A stretch of 64,000 bases of DNA from an uncultured Acetobacteraceae bacterium (GCA_964242215.1 CAXTCJ010000016.1:1922-65921), one strand, 5' to 3'; numbered from the stretch's first letter, positions 37,089 to 46,943 are shown. Numbers and translations are program-made. Notes: generated by a model from the letters alone, not told the origin.

Positions 37089-39179
37089 TCACGATCCTCC
37101 TTCGGGCCGAAGCGTCAGCAGCGCGTCGGCGATGGTGCAGCCCAGCCCGGCGGCGTGCACGATCACGGGGTTCAACTCGAGCTCCATGATCCGGTCGCTG
37201 GCCGCGGCGAAGGCCGACATCTGGGCAATCAAGCGGGCCAAAGCTGGCGCATCGGCCACGGGCCGGCCGCGGAAGCCGTGCAGCAGCGGAGCGCACCGCA
37301 ATGCGTCCAACATGGCGGCCGCCTCGGCCTCGTCAACGGGGGCGACCCGGTGGGCGACGTCGCGCAGCAACTCGGCCTGCGTGCCGCCCGCGCCGACCGT
37401 CAGCACGGGGCCGGCGACGGGATCGCGAACGATGCCGATGATCCACTCGGTGCCTTTGACGGCCATCGGCTCCAGCAACACGCCCTCGATCCGTGCGGCG
37501 GGCGCGTGGCGACGTGCGGCGTCCAGCACCGCGGCATGGGCGGCGTGCAATGTGTCGCGATCGGTGATGCCCAGGCGCACACCGTCCACCTCCGTCTTAT
37601 GGACGATGTCGGGCGACTGGATCTTCAGCGCCAACGGAAAGCCCACCGCGGCGGCCGCCGTGTCTAGCCCAGCCGCATTCGTCACCAGGCGGAACGGGGC
37701 AGTGGCGATACCGCACTGCGCCAGCAAGGTCTTGACCGCGTACTCGGATATCGGACCGTCGGGCAGGCGCGCCGGCGGCGGAGGCGGCAAGCGCGCCGGC
37801 GGCACCGGCTGTGCCAACGCTCGGGCCGCGGCGCCGAGCAGGGTCATGGACGGCAGCACGACCGCGCCCGCCTCGGTGATCGTCTTGCGCCCCAGGTCGG
37901 AGGGAAGCGTGTAGCTGTAGATCAGCACCGGCTTGCGGCGCCGGGCGATCAGGGCGCGTAGATCTGCCGCGTCCAGCGTGACCCGGGCCGGGTTGGCCAG
38001 TGATGTCACGATCGCCACCATGTCGACCGCCGGGTCGTCCATCAGCAGCTCGGTGGCGCGCAACGTGCCGCCGCCATGTGCACCCTGCGCCGTCAGGTCG
38101 ACCGGATTGCGGGCGGAGCCGTAGGACGGAATGAACGAACGGATCGCCGCCTGCGATGCCTCTGACAGCTCCGGCACGTCCAGTCCGGCCAGGCTGAGCG
38201 CGTCCGCCGCAAGCGCTCCGGCGCCGCCGGAGACAGTGAGGATCGCGACCCGGTTGCCCTCGGCGCGCGGGTTGGTCATCAGCGCGCCCATTACCGCCAG
38301 CGCTTCGTCCAGATCGGCCGCGACCGTGATGCCGTGACGGCGGAACATCGCGTCGTAGCCGGCATCCCAGCCGGCGAGGGCGGCGGTGTGGGACGCCGCC
38401 GCCATCTGGCCCGCGGCTGACCGGCCGATCTTGATCGCGACCACCGGCTTGCCCGCGGCGACGGCAGCTTCGGCGGCGGCGCGAAAGCCCGCCGGGTCCC
38501 GGATGGTCTCCACGAACATCAGCACACCGCCGGTGTCGGCGTCGCCCGCCGCATGCTGCAGGAAGTCGGCAACCGTCAAGTCAGCCTCGTTCCCGGTGCT
38601 GACGACGGAGGAGAAGGCCAGTCCTAAGGCACGGCCGCGGTTGAACAGGGCGAAGCCCATGCCGCCGCTTTGCGCCACCACCGCGACCCGGCGTGTCGTG
38701 GCGACGGGCATGTCGTGGGCCAGGCCGTCCACGGCGGGGCTGAAGGTTGCGGTGACGCGCGCCGGCTCGTTGTAGAAGCCTTCGGCATTGGGCCCGCAGA
38801 CGCGCATGCCGCTGGACCGGGCAAACGCCGCGATCTTGTCCTGCAGGTCGGGCGGTGCCGCGTCGTCCTCGGCGAACCCGGAGGAGATGATGACGGCGTG
38901 GCGCACCCCGGCGGCCGCGCAGTCCTCCAGCGCGGGCAGCACGGCGCCGGCCGGGATCGCCACCAGCGCCAGGTCCACCGCCTCGCCGATCGCGGCGGCG
39001 CTGGGGTAGCAGCGCAGGCCGTCAATCTCGCCGTAGCTGGGATTGATCGGGTAGATCGCGCCCGGGTAGCCGTTCTTTTGCAGCAGATGCAGCAATGCGC
39101 CGCGGATCTTGGTGCTGTCCGGCGAGGCGCCCACGATCGCGACGGAGCGCGGGTTGAAGAAGCTGTGCAGGCCGGTCAT
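37089..39179 (-). CDS. Acyl-CoA synthetase (NDP-forming), acetate-CoA ligase family
   Basis: PRSVAIVGAS, CGPN, QSGG, STGNEAD, phospho-His motif AASHT, NPVDL, C-terminal ATP-grasp (HKTEVDGV, ELNP). Confidence 0.92.
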   Translation of the reverse strand: MTGLHSFFNPRSVAIVGASPDSTKIRGALLHLLQKNGYPGAIYPINPSYGEIDGLRCYPSAAAIGEAVDLALVAIPAGAVLPALEDCAAAGVRHAVIISSGFAEDDAAPPDLQDKIAAFARSSGMRVCGPNAEGFYNEPARVTATFSPAVDGLAHDMPVATTRRVAVVAQSGGMGFALFNRGRALGLAFSSVVSTGNEADLTVADFLQHAAGDADTGGVLMFVETIRDPAGFRAAAEAAVAAGKPVVAIKIGRSAAGQMAAASHTAALAGWDAGYDAMFRRHGITVAADLDEALAVMGALMTNPRAEGNRVAILTVSGGAGALAADALSLAGLDVPELSEASQAAIRSFIPSYGSARNPVDLTAQGAHGGGTLRATELLMDDPAVDMVAIVTSLANPARVTLDAADLRALIARRRKPVLIYSYTLPSDLGRKTITEAGAVVLPSMTLLGAAARALAQPVPPARLPPPPPARLPDGPISEYAVKTLLAQCGIATAPFRLVTNAAGLDTAAAAVGFPLALKIQSPDIVHKTEVDGVRLGITDRDTLHAAHAAVLDAARRHAPAARIEGVLLEPMAVKGTEWIIGIVRDPVAGPVLTVGAGGTQAELLRDVAHRVAPVDEAEAAAMLDALRCAPLLHGFRGRPVADAPALARLIAQMSAFAAASDRIMELELNPVIVHAAGLGCTIADALLTLRPEGGS

Positions 39180-39180
39180 G

Positions 39181-40188
39181 TCAGGCGGCCGCCGTGATCG
39201 TCGGCCATAGCCCATCCGCGCCGGCCCGAAGTGCCGCGCGGCCGACCAGGGCGTTCCACTCTGCCTCATTGCCGAACTCGTCGCGCCAGGACCAGAGGCG
39301 CCGGGTGAGCGGATGCAGCTCGTATTCCTGGGTGAAGCCGATTGCGCCGTGCACCTGGTGGGCGATGCCGGCAGCGATCGAGGCTGCCTCGCCCGCCCGC
39401 GCCTTGGCGGCGCCGATCACCAACGGGTCCAGCGTGCCGCCCAGCGCCTCGGCGGCCATGTCTGCGGCCGCGCCGGCGGCGACGCACTGGCCGGCCAGGA
39501 TGGCCATGGATTGCTGAATCGCCTGGAACTTGCCGATCGGGCGGCCGAACTGCACCCGCGTCTGCACGTAGGCCACGCATACGTCCAGGATCCGCGTCAG
39601 CGCCCCGGCGATCTGCACCGTGCGTACCGCGGCGCCCGCTTCACGCAGCGAGACGGGGCACGCCATCGCCTCCACCGCCGCATCGAACACCAGGTCGTCC
39701 CGCGGCTCGCCGGCGACGTTCGTGCCGTGGGTCGCGGTGAACCCCTCGGCCGGCACGCAGGCCACATGCCCGTCGACGACCACCGCGACGGCCCGCGCAT
39801 CGCGGCCCCACGGCACGCGGCGTGCGGTGCCGGACAGCCGGCCACCTACCAGCCTGAGCGTGTCGTTGCGCCGCACCGGGGTGAGGGTGAGCGGCCCGGG
39901 TGGGACGGCCAGACCGGCCTGGGCGAGCAGCCAGCCGGCCAGCATTGTCTCGGCGAGCGGGATCGGTGCGGCGTGGGCGGCGGCGATGCGGACCAGCCCC
40001 ATCGCTTCCGCTGGGCTCGCGCCGAAGCCGCCGGCCGATTCCGGCAGCAGGGCGGCGGTGAAGCCGGCGTCTTCCACGGCGTCCCACAGCGCTTGCGGCC
40101 AAACGCCACTTTCGGCGGACTTGATCGTGTCCTTGCCGGAATGCGCTGCAAACAGGCGCTCCGCACTATCGGTCAGTTGGTCGCTCAT
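39181..40188 (-). CDS. Acyl-CoA dehydrogenase (short/beta-type subunit)
   Basis: RVQFGRPIGKFQAIQ, HQVHGAIGFTQEY. 335 aa and lacks the SEP..GSD FAD motif. Confidence 0.88.
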   Translation of the reverse strand: MSDQLTDSAERLFAAHSGKDTIKSAESGVWPQALWDAVEDAGFTAALLPESAGGFGASPAEAMGLVRIAAAHAAPIPLAETMLAGWLLAQAGLAVPPGPLTLTPVRRNDTLRLVGGRLSGTARRVPWGRDARAVAVVVDGHVACVPAEGFTATHGTNVAGEPRDDLVFDAAVEAMACPVSLREAGAAVRTVQIAGALTRILDVCVAYVQTRVQFGRPIGKFQAIQQSMAILAGQCVAAGAAADMAAEALGGTLDPLVIGAAKARAGEAASIAAGIAHQVHGAIGFTQEYELHPLTRRLWSWRDEFGNEAEWNALVGRAALRAGADGLWPTITAAA

Positions 40189-40201
40189 CGTCCCCTCCTT
40201 G

Positions 40202-41050
40202 TCATCGCCGTCCTCGCAGGCCGTCCCACCATTCGTCGTTGAATCCCAGCAGAGCGGCAGTGTCGCTTTGTGCCGCCCCGGACAGCCATCGCTTGCCGCC
40301 GTCTACCACCATGCAATCACCCGACACGTAGGACGCGAGGTCGGACAGCAGGAACGCGCAGGCATTGGCCAGCTCGACATGCGCGCCGACGCGGGCGAGC
40401 GGGATGGTATCCTCCGGGGTAGGCTTGACGAGCCCAGGCGGCGCCAGGCCGGCCGCTGCACCGGGCGTCGGAAATGCCCCCGGCGCAACGGCGTTGAGCC
40501 GGATGCCGTGCCGCCCCCATTCGACGGCCAGGCTGCGCGTCATCGCCAGCACGCCCGCCTTCGCCATGGCGGAGGGAACCGTGAACGCAGCGCCGCCCAG
40601 GGCGGACAAAGTCAGGATCGAGAGCACCGTACCGGCCCGCCCGTCCGCAATCCAACGCCGGCCGCAGCCCAGCGTGCAATAGGCGGAGCCGTGCAGCACC
40701 ACGCCCAGCACCGCATCCACCGCGCGGGGCGACAGCCGGTGGCTCTGCGCCAGGAAGTTGCCGGCGGCGTTGTTGACCAGGGCGTCGAGCGGCCGGTCGC
40801 GCCAGATCGTGTCCAGCATGGCCTCCACCTGCCCCGCATCGCGCAGGTCGCAGCCGATCGTGTCCACCTGCGCCCCCGGATGGCTGGCGCGCATGGCGGC
40901 CGCCGTCTCCTCCAGCACGGGCACGCGGCGGCCGCAGATCACCAGGGCGGCGCCGAGCCCGAGCACGTGCTCACCCAGGGCGCGGCCCAGCCCGGTGCCG
41001 CCGCCGGTGATCAGGATGCGCTTGCCAGCCAGCAGATCAGGCGTGAACAT
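40202..41050 (-). CDS. SDR oxidoreductase, 2,4-dienoyl-CoA reductase-like
   Basis: ITGGGTGLG, NNAAGNF, SAMAKAG (no catalytic Tyr, as in DECR), EWGRHGIRLNAVAPG. Confidence 0.88.
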   Translation of the reverse strand: MFTPDLLAGKRILITGGGTGLGRALGEHVLGLGAALVICGRRVPVLEETAAAMRASHPGAQVDTIGCDLRDAGQVEAMLDTIWRDRPLDALVNNAAGNFLAQSHRLSPRAVDAVLGVVLHGSAYCTLGCGRRWIADGRAGTVLSILTLSALGGAAFTVPSAMAKAGVLAMTRSLAVEWGRHGIRLNAVAPGAFPTPGAAAGLAPPGLVKPTPEDTIPLARVGAHVELANACAFLLSDLASYVSGDCMVVDGGKRWLSGAAQSDTAALLGFNDEWWDGLRGRR

Positions 41051-41759
41051 TCGCGGCCCCCAATCCGAAATAGGCTCGGCGTAGACCGTCGTCGGCCTGC
41101 ATCTCGGCCGGGGTGCCGCCGAAGCGGATACGGCCGCTCTCCAGCGTGAAGCCGCGATCGCCCAATTCGAGGAACTTCACGTTCTGCTCGGCGATCAGCA
41201 TCGACAACCCGGCGGCGCGGCTGGCGGCGAGCGAACGCAGCACGGTCGACACCATCAGCGGCGACAACCCGGCCGATGGCTCGTCCATCACCAGAAGCTT
41301 GGGGCAGGCGGCGAGGGCCTTGGCGATGCCGAGCATCTTGCGCTGCCCACCCGACAGGCTCGAACCGAGCTGGCGCCGCTTGTCCTTCAACACGGGAAAC
41401 AGGTCGAACAGTTCTGCCGCCCGCGCCCGCGCCTTCGCCGCAGGTACGAACAGCCCGCCCAGGTCGATGTTGTCCGCGACCGAGAGGCCGGGGAACACGC
41501 CCAGCTCCGACATGTAGCTCATGCCCAGGCGGACCCGGGCGCGGGTGGGCAGATGGGCGACGTTTTCGCCGCAGAACAGGATCTTGCCGCCACGCGCCGG
41601 CAGCAATCCGTGCAGGCATTTCAGCAGCGTCGTCTTGCCGGCGCCGTTCGGGCCCAACAGCACCACCGTCTCGCTCTCGCCGACGTCGAGATCGACGCCC
41701 CAGAGGACTTGGATGTTGCCGTAGCCAGCCTCGAGCCCAACGGTCTGCAACAGGCTCAT
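41037..41759 (-). CDS. livF: Branched-chain amino-acid-type ABC ATPase
   Basis: GPNGAGKTT, LSGGQ, MDEPSAGL, AEQN. Confidence 0.88.
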   Translation of the reverse strand: MSLLQTVGLEAGYGNIQVLWGVDLDVGESETVVLLGPNGAGKTTLLKCLHGLLPARGGKILFCGENVAHLPTRARVRLGMSYMSELGVFPGLSVADNIDLGGLFVPAAKARARAAELFDLFPVLKDKRRQLGSSLSGGQRKMLGIAKALAACPKLLVMDEPSAGLSPLMVSTVLRSLAASRAAGLSMLIAEQNVKFLELGDRGFTLESGRIRFGGTPAEMQADDGLRRAYFGLGAANVHA

Positions 41760-42472
41760 GGGACCGGCTCCGGCGCACCCAGGAAGACCTCGACCACGGC
41801 CTTGTCCCGCGTGGCATCGCGCATCTGGCCGCCGAAGATCTGCCGGCCGGCATTCATCACCACGACGCGGTGGGTGATGCGGTCGATGAAGCTCATCAGG
41901 TGCTCCACCACCACCAGGCCCATGCCGTCCTCGGCCAGCGCGATGAGCCGTGACGCGACACGGTTGAGCTCCGCCGGATGCAGGCCGCATGCCAGTTCGT
42001 CGACCAGGAGCAGGCGTGGCCGGGTCACCAGGGCGCGGGCCAGGTCCAGCATCTTCTGGCTCACGCTGTTTAGTTCACCGGCGGGGCGGTTGGCGTGCTG
42101 GTCCAACTCCACGCTGGCGAGGATCGCATCCAGGTCGGCGCCAGCGCCGTGCGCGACCTCCAGGTTCTGCCGCACCGTCAGCGACGCGAAGGGTTTCGGC
42201 ACCTGGAACGTGCGGTTCACCCCCGCTGCGGCCCGGCGGTGGGCGGCCACGCCGATCAGCGAGCGGCCGCCCAATTGGATGTCGCCTTCGTCCGGGGCCA
42301 GCAGCCCGCTGACGACGTTGATCAGCGTCGTCTTGCCGGAGCCGTTGGGACCGATCAACCCGACGATCTCGCCCGCCGCCACAGTAAGATCGATGCCGTC
42401 GAGCGCGGTGAAGCCGCCGAAGCGCTTCACCACGCCGGTCACGTGCAGGAGGGGCGTTTCAAGCATGGGCAC
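41756..42472 (-). CDS. livG: Branched-chain amino-acid-type ABC ATPase
   Basis: KRFGG, GPNGSGKTT, RTFQ, VDE..GL, VEH. Confidence 0.88.
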   Translation of the reverse strand: MPMLETPLLHVTGVVKRFGGFTALDGIDLTVAAGEIVGLIGPNGSGKTTLINVVSGLLAPDEGDIQLGGRSLIGVAAHRRAAAGVNRTFQVPKPFASLTVRQNLEVAHGAGADLDAILASVELDQHANRPAGELNSVSQKMLDLARALVTRPRLLLVDELACGLHPAELNRVASRLIALAEDGMGLVVVEHLMSFIDRITHRVVVMNAGRQIFGGQMRDATRDKAVVEVFLGAPEPVP

Positions 42473-43388
42473 GGTGCCACCGCTTGGGGATGGCGGCGAG
42501 CCCCTCGGGGAAGAACAGCACCAGCGCCATGATCAGCAGCCCGTATGCTAGCTGAAAATACTGCGGCGCCGAGACGCCGATGGCGTTGTAGGTGCCGTAC
42601 AGCACAAGCACGCCGATCACCGGTCCGATCAGCGTCCCGGCCCCGCCGAACAGGGTGAAGACGATGGCGAAGATGCTGAAGTTGAAGTCGAACACCGCGT
42701 CCGGGAAGAACGTGGCGGCGCGCCACGCGAACACCGCCCCGATCAGCCCGGCGATCACCGCGCTCAACAGCCAGACGATCAGGCGGCCGCGCACCACGTC
42801 GATCCCCGCCATGCCCGCCGAGACCGGGTTGTCCCGCGCCGCCCGCAGGCGCAAGCCGAACCGGGTGTGCCGCAGCGTGGCGACCAACCCCATGGTGAGC
42901 GCCAGGATGCCGAGCGCCAGGCCGTAGGTCAGCCCCGGCCGATAGCCGGCGTCGAGCCGCACGCCATATGGGCCGCCGGTGAGGTCGCTCAGATCGGGGT
43001 TGGCGATCAGGTGCCGCAAGGCCTCGGCTGCGGCCAGGCTCGCCAGGCCGAAATACGCGCCCTGCAGCCGCAGCAACGGCGCCAATACCAAGGCGACCAG
43101 CAGCGCCGCCACACCGCCCGCCGCCACGGCGACCAGAGGCGGCGCCAGCCCGTGCATGACCGTCAGCGCGAACCCGTACGCCCCGGCGCCGAAGAACCCG
43201 ACATAGCCGAACGGCAGGTAGCCGGAGAACCCGTAGGTGAGGTTCAGCCCCTGCGCCAGCACCAGGAACACGACGAAGTTCAGCAGCAGGAGTTGGTTGT
43301 CGTACAGCGAAGGCAGCGCCGCAAACAGCAGCACCGGCAGCATGCCGACGGCCAGGTCTCGCAGCAGCGCTGTGGTGCCCCGGCTCAT
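42459..43388 (-). CDS. livM: Branched-chain amino-acid-type ABC permease
   Basis: GFSGYLPFG, LRLQGAYFGLASL, FG..L.AARDN, GG.GTLIGPVIG. Confidence 0.88.
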   Translation of the reverse strand: MSRGTTALLRDLAVGMLPVLLFAALPSLYDNQLLLLNFVVFLVLAQGLNLTYGFSGYLPFGYVGFFGAGAYGFALTVMHGLAPPLVAVAAGGVAALLVALVLAPLLRLQGAYFGLASLAAAEALRHLIANPDLSDLTGGPYGVRLDAGYRPGLTYGLALGILALTMGLVATLRHTRFGLRLRAARDNPVSAGMAGIDVVRGRLIVWLLSAVIAGLIGAVFAWRAATFFPDAVFDFNFSIFAIVFTLFGGAGTLIGPVIGVLVLYGTYNAIGVSAPQYFQLAYGLLIMALVLFFPEGLAAIPKRWHRAHA

Positions 43389-43401
43389 CGACGCACCAAC
43401 T

Positions 43402-43467
43402 GTGGGGTGGGCTGCTCGCAGCCCACCACTGTTCGGCAGAGGGTGGGCTGCAAGCAGCCCACCCTAC
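43402..43467. repeat. Inverted pair of GTAG-type REP palindromes (REPIN-like)
   Basis: GTGGGGTGGGCTGCTCGCAGCCCACC (43402-43427) and, on the minus strand, GTAGGGTGGGCTGCTTGCAGCCCACC (43467-43442). Each is a hairpin; 14-bp spacer. Confidence 0.8.
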
Positions 43468-44339
43468 GCATACCGCACGCGCGAGCCCAACAGCCCGGTC
43501 GGCCGCACCAGTAGCACGCCGATCAGCACCAGATTGGGCAGTAGGTCGGTGAACGAACTGAAATAGGTCCGCATCAGCATCAGGCACACGCCATAGATCG
43601 TGCCGCCCAGCAGCGTGCCCAGCGGATTACCGAGCGAGCCGATCACGATCACGGCGAACGACACCAGGTCGATCGGCACGCCCAGGCCCGGCGTGAAGCT
43701 GCCCATCATGAACGGCGCGAACACGCCAGCCACCGCCGCCAGCGCCGTGCCGAAGCCGAACGCCACGGCGGAGATGCGGTGCACGTCGATGCCGATCGCC
43801 ACCGCTTCCTCCCGCTGCGCCATGATCGCGCGCGTCTGGCGGCCGAGCCGGGTGTGATACAGGTACAGCCACACGCCGGCGAGCATCACCACGGCGACGG
43901 CCGCGGCATACACCCAGGCGAACGGCACCGTCTGGCCCAGGATCGGCACCGGGCCGCCACCCAGCACCCGGCTTGGAATGGACCGCTCGTTGTTGCCGAA
44001 CAGCATGGACACGATAGCCTCGATGGTCTGCGACAAGCCGAAGAACAGGATCAGCGACAGCATCTCAGGATCGCGGGCGCGCTGCAGCCGGGGCACCAGG
44101 GCGTAGTACACCGGCAAGGCGATCACGAAGAACACAGCGAACGTGGCGATGACCGTCGGCACCGGGCTGACCGCGGCCGTGCGCATCAGCCAATAGGCGG
44201 AGAAGGCGCCCAGCATCAGGAAGTCGCCATGCGCGAGGTTGACGATCCGCATGACGCCGAACACCAGGTTCATGCCGACGCCGACCAGCGCGTAGTACAG
44301 GCCGAACAGCAGCCCGGCGAGGATCGCGTACCCCAACAC
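43464..44339 (-). CDS. livH: Branched-chain amino-acid-type ABC permease
   Basis: YAL..VG.NLVFGVMRIVNLAHG, TRLG...RA, RPTGLLG. Confidence 0.88.
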   Translation of the reverse strand: MLGYAILAGLLFGLYYALVGVGMNLVFGVMRIVNLAHGDFLMLGAFSAYWLMRTAAVSPVPTVIATFAVFFVIALPVYYALVPRLQRARDPEMLSLILFFGLSQTIEAIVSMLFGNNERSIPSRVLGGGPVPILGQTVPFAWVYAAAVAVVMLAGVWLYLYHTRLGRQTRAIMAQREEAVAIGIDVHRISAVAFGFGTALAAVAGVFAPFMMGSFTPGLGVPIDLVSFAVIVIGSLGNPLGTLLGGTIYGVCLMLMRTYFSSFTDLLPNLVLIGVLLVRPTGLLGSRVRYA

Positions 44340-44346
44340 CGCGCGG

Positions 44347-45615
44347 CTACGGCGCCGGGTAGATTGGCTTGGCGGTGGCCAGATCCGCCGGCCAGACGAT
44401 GTTCAGGCCGAGATCGGTCGACCCGGTTTTTGGCGGCAGGATTTGGCCCAGCGGATCGATCTCGCCGCTCTGCGATCCATCCGCCGCCAGCACGAACGGG
44501 CCGACCAGCGTTTCCATGTTGCCGGACAGGGTGAACACCGCGCGGCGCAATTCCAACTGGTCCAGGCTCTCGGCGACGGCCAGCGCCCGCTCGATCACCA
44601 GCCCGGCCTGGTAGCCGGCGATGGCGTTGTAGCCGAACTCCACGCCCTTGATGCTGTTCGCCGTGAGGTACTGCTCGAACGCCGCCTCGAACTCGCTCCG
44701 CGTCAGGCCGTACGTGGTCTTGAACTCGTAGGATCCCGGGCCGGCCAGAGCGTACGTGTTGTACAGCTGGTCGGCCAGGCCGTTGGTTTTGATGAGGTTT
44801 TGTTCGGTCAGGCCGTACCCGGTGAACAGGAACTTGAACTTGGTGTCGTTGTCCTGCAGCGCGCGGAGGAAGGCGAGTTCGTTGGTGGGATAACCGAATT
44901 CCAACACGGCGTCCGGCTTGGCGGCCTGCATGTTGTTGACCAGGACGGTGTAGTCCGTGGTGTTGGTGGGCACGCCATTGTCGAACACCAGCTTGACCTC
45001 GGGATGCGCCTTCAACGCCTCGCGCACCGCTTTCGCCTGGTAGGCGGTGTAGTCGGCGGTGACGTAAAGAAGCGCCGCGGACTTGATACCGAGCGACGAC
45101 ATCTGGCCCACGAAATCGGCCAGCGTCTTCGGGTAGCGATCCGTGGCGGCGAGCGCCAACAGCACGATGTACGGATTGTCCGGGCTGAAGAAGTTGGGGC
45201 TGCTCCCCGTGGTATCCCACAGCAGCACCTTGTGGTCCCGCGCCACGGGAACCGACGCCGCCGTCATCACCGAGGTGGAGTCCGGCACCAGGATATCGAC
45301 CTTGTCCTGGGTGATCAGCTGGTTGGTCAGAGTGCCCGCCAGCGACGGCGAGCTCTGGTCGTCGTAGGAAATCAGCTTGATCGGGACGCGCTTGCCAAAG
45401 CCTTTGACGAAGACGCCGCCCTGCTTGTTGAGCCCGTCCACCCAATACTGCAGCGCCACATGCATCGGGGCGGAGGTGCTCGCCATGGTGCCGGAGTTGG
45501 CATAGAGCGAGCCGATCTTGATCTCCGCCGGCGCATCCGCAGCGAGGGCGGCCGCAGGTAGGCCCGCTACACCAAGTGCACATGCCGCGGCACGCAGCCA
45601 GTCACCAAGCCTCAT
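44347..45615 (-). CDS. LivK/PBP1-type ABC substrate-binding protein
   Basis: Signal peptide, IKIG, N..GG, YDDQSSP. GGAGG RBS. Confidence 0.88.
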   Translation of the reverse strand: MRLGDWLRAAACALGVAGLPAAALAADAPAEIKIGSLYANSGTMASTSAPMHVALQYWVDGLNKQGGVFVKGFGKRVPIKLISYDDQSSPSLAGTLTNQLITQDKVDILVPDSTSVMTAASVPVARDHKVLLWDTTGSSPNFFSPDNPYIVLLALAATDRYPKTLADFVGQMSSLGIKSAALLYVTADYTAYQAKAVREALKAHPEVKLVFDNGVPTNTTDYTVLVNNMQAAKPDAVLEFGYPTNELAFLRALQDNDTKFKFLFTGYGLTEQNLIKTNGLADQLYNTYALAGPGSYEFKTTYGLTRSEFEAAFEQYLTANSIKGVEFGYNAIAGYQAGLVIERALAVAESLDQLELRRAVFTLSGNMETLVGPFVLAADGSQSGEIDPLGQILPPKTGSTDLGLNIVWPADLATAKPIYPAP

Positions 45616-45703
45616 ACGTCAGTTCCTCCGCCGCTGCGGCTTATTGCCGCTATGGCTCGAACGATAAGCCCGGAACCGCGCGGGCCGCCAGTCGCGAATG
45701 GGT

Positions 45704-46846
45704 TTAGTTCGGCTCCGGATCGGTGCGCACGCCGAGCGCCTCGTTGTGCTCGCCGAGCAGCGGAGCCCGGGTTCGCACCGCGGGGCGGATGCCGTCGAGA
45801 CTGATCGGCAGCCCCACCGAGGTCAGGGCGACGCCGGGGATTTGCTGCAGCAGGCCCAGGGCTGCGAGATGCGGATCGCTCACCACGTCGTGCAGGTCGT
45901 TGATCGGCGCGCACGGCACGCCCACGCGCTCCAACCGCGTCATCCAGGCGGACGTGGTGTCTTCCAACATGACACGCGCGATCGGCGGAATGATGGCCGG
46001 CTTGTTGGCGACCCGCAGGGCGTTGGTCAGGAACCTTGCATCCTCACCCCATTCGGGATGCCCGAGTTCGGTCACGTATTTGCGGAACAGCCGGTCGTTG
46101 GCGGCGGCGACCACGATCTCCCCATCCGCGGTGACGAAGGACTGGAACACCACCACGCGCGGGTTGCCGCTGCCGTGCCGCGTCGGGGGCACGCCGGTCG
46201 CCTGGAACGCGGCGAAGTGCACCGAGAGCCAGCCCAGCGCCGTTTCGTACAACGACGTGTCCACCGTGCAGCCCTGCCCGGTCTTCTCCCGCTCCAGCAG
46301 CGCCGCGATCGTGCCGAGCGCGGCCCAGACGCCGGTGCCGAGGTCCAGCACCTGCATGCCGACGCGGGTCGGTGGTCCGCCCTCCTGCCCATTGAGGCTG
46401 AACATCCCGGCGAAGGCCTGGATCATCGGCTCGTAGCCGGGCTTTAGATGCCGCGGCCCCTTGTGGCCGAACGCCCACAGCGAGCAGTAGACCAGCCGGG
46501 GATTGAGCGCGCGCATCACCTCCGGCCCAAGCCCCAGTTGGTCGGTGACGCCGGGCCGCAGGTTCTGGATCAGCACGTCGCAGCCGGCCGCATACTGCTT
46601 CAGCCAAGCGATATCGGCCGGGTGCTTGAGGTCCAGCGTCACCGAGCGCTTGTTGCGGTTGACGGTGTGGAATGTGGTCGCCATGCCGTCCACGAACGGC
46701 GGTCCCCAGCCCCGCGCGTCGTCGCCACCCTCCGGCCGTTCGACCTTCACCACGTCGGCGCCGAGCATGCCCAGGATCTCGCCGGCATACGGCCCGGCGA
46801 TGTTCTGAGCCAACTCGACGACTTTGACGCCTGCTAGCGGCAACAT
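45704..46846 (-). CDS. Family III CoA-transferase (CaiB/BaiF)
   Basis: PLAGVKVVEL, AGP, GADVVKVE.P.GGD..R, NRNKRS, NLRPG, catalytic Asp context VLDLGTG, APLLGEH. See the finding on an out-of-frame upstream ATG. Confidence 0.9.
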   Translation of the reverse strand: MLPLAGVKVVELAQNIAGPYAGEILGMLGADVVKVERPEGGDDARGWGPPFVDGMATTFHTVNRNKRSVTLDLKHPADIAWLKQYAAGCDVLIQNLRPGVTDQLGLGPEVMRALNPRLVYCSLWAFGHKGPRHLKPGYEPMIQAFAGMFSLNGQEGGPPTRVGMQVLDLGTGVWAALGTIAALLEREKTGQGCTVDTSLYETALGWLSVHFAAFQATGVPPTRHGSGNPRVVVFQSFVTADGEIVVAAANDRLFRKYVTELGHPEWGEDARFLTNALRVANKPAIIPPIARVMLEDTTSAWMTRLERVGVPCAPINDLHDVVSDPHLAALGLLQQIPGVALTSVGLPISLDGIRPAVRTRAPLLGEHNEALGVRTDPEPN

Positions 46847-46943
46847 GCGTGCGCCGCCCTGATCACCGCCTGGTCCGACATCGCTTCCCCCTCGGCCACC
46901 TGAGGCGGCGCTTTTGGCGGGATGCTAGGGCACCACCATCGTC

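Noticed and set aside
37089-39179. Acyl-CoA ligase as the p-coumarate-CoA ligase for PYP
   Set aside because: It is the NDP-forming ATP-grasp family rather than the AMP-forming ANL family, and lies 32 kb away in another operon.
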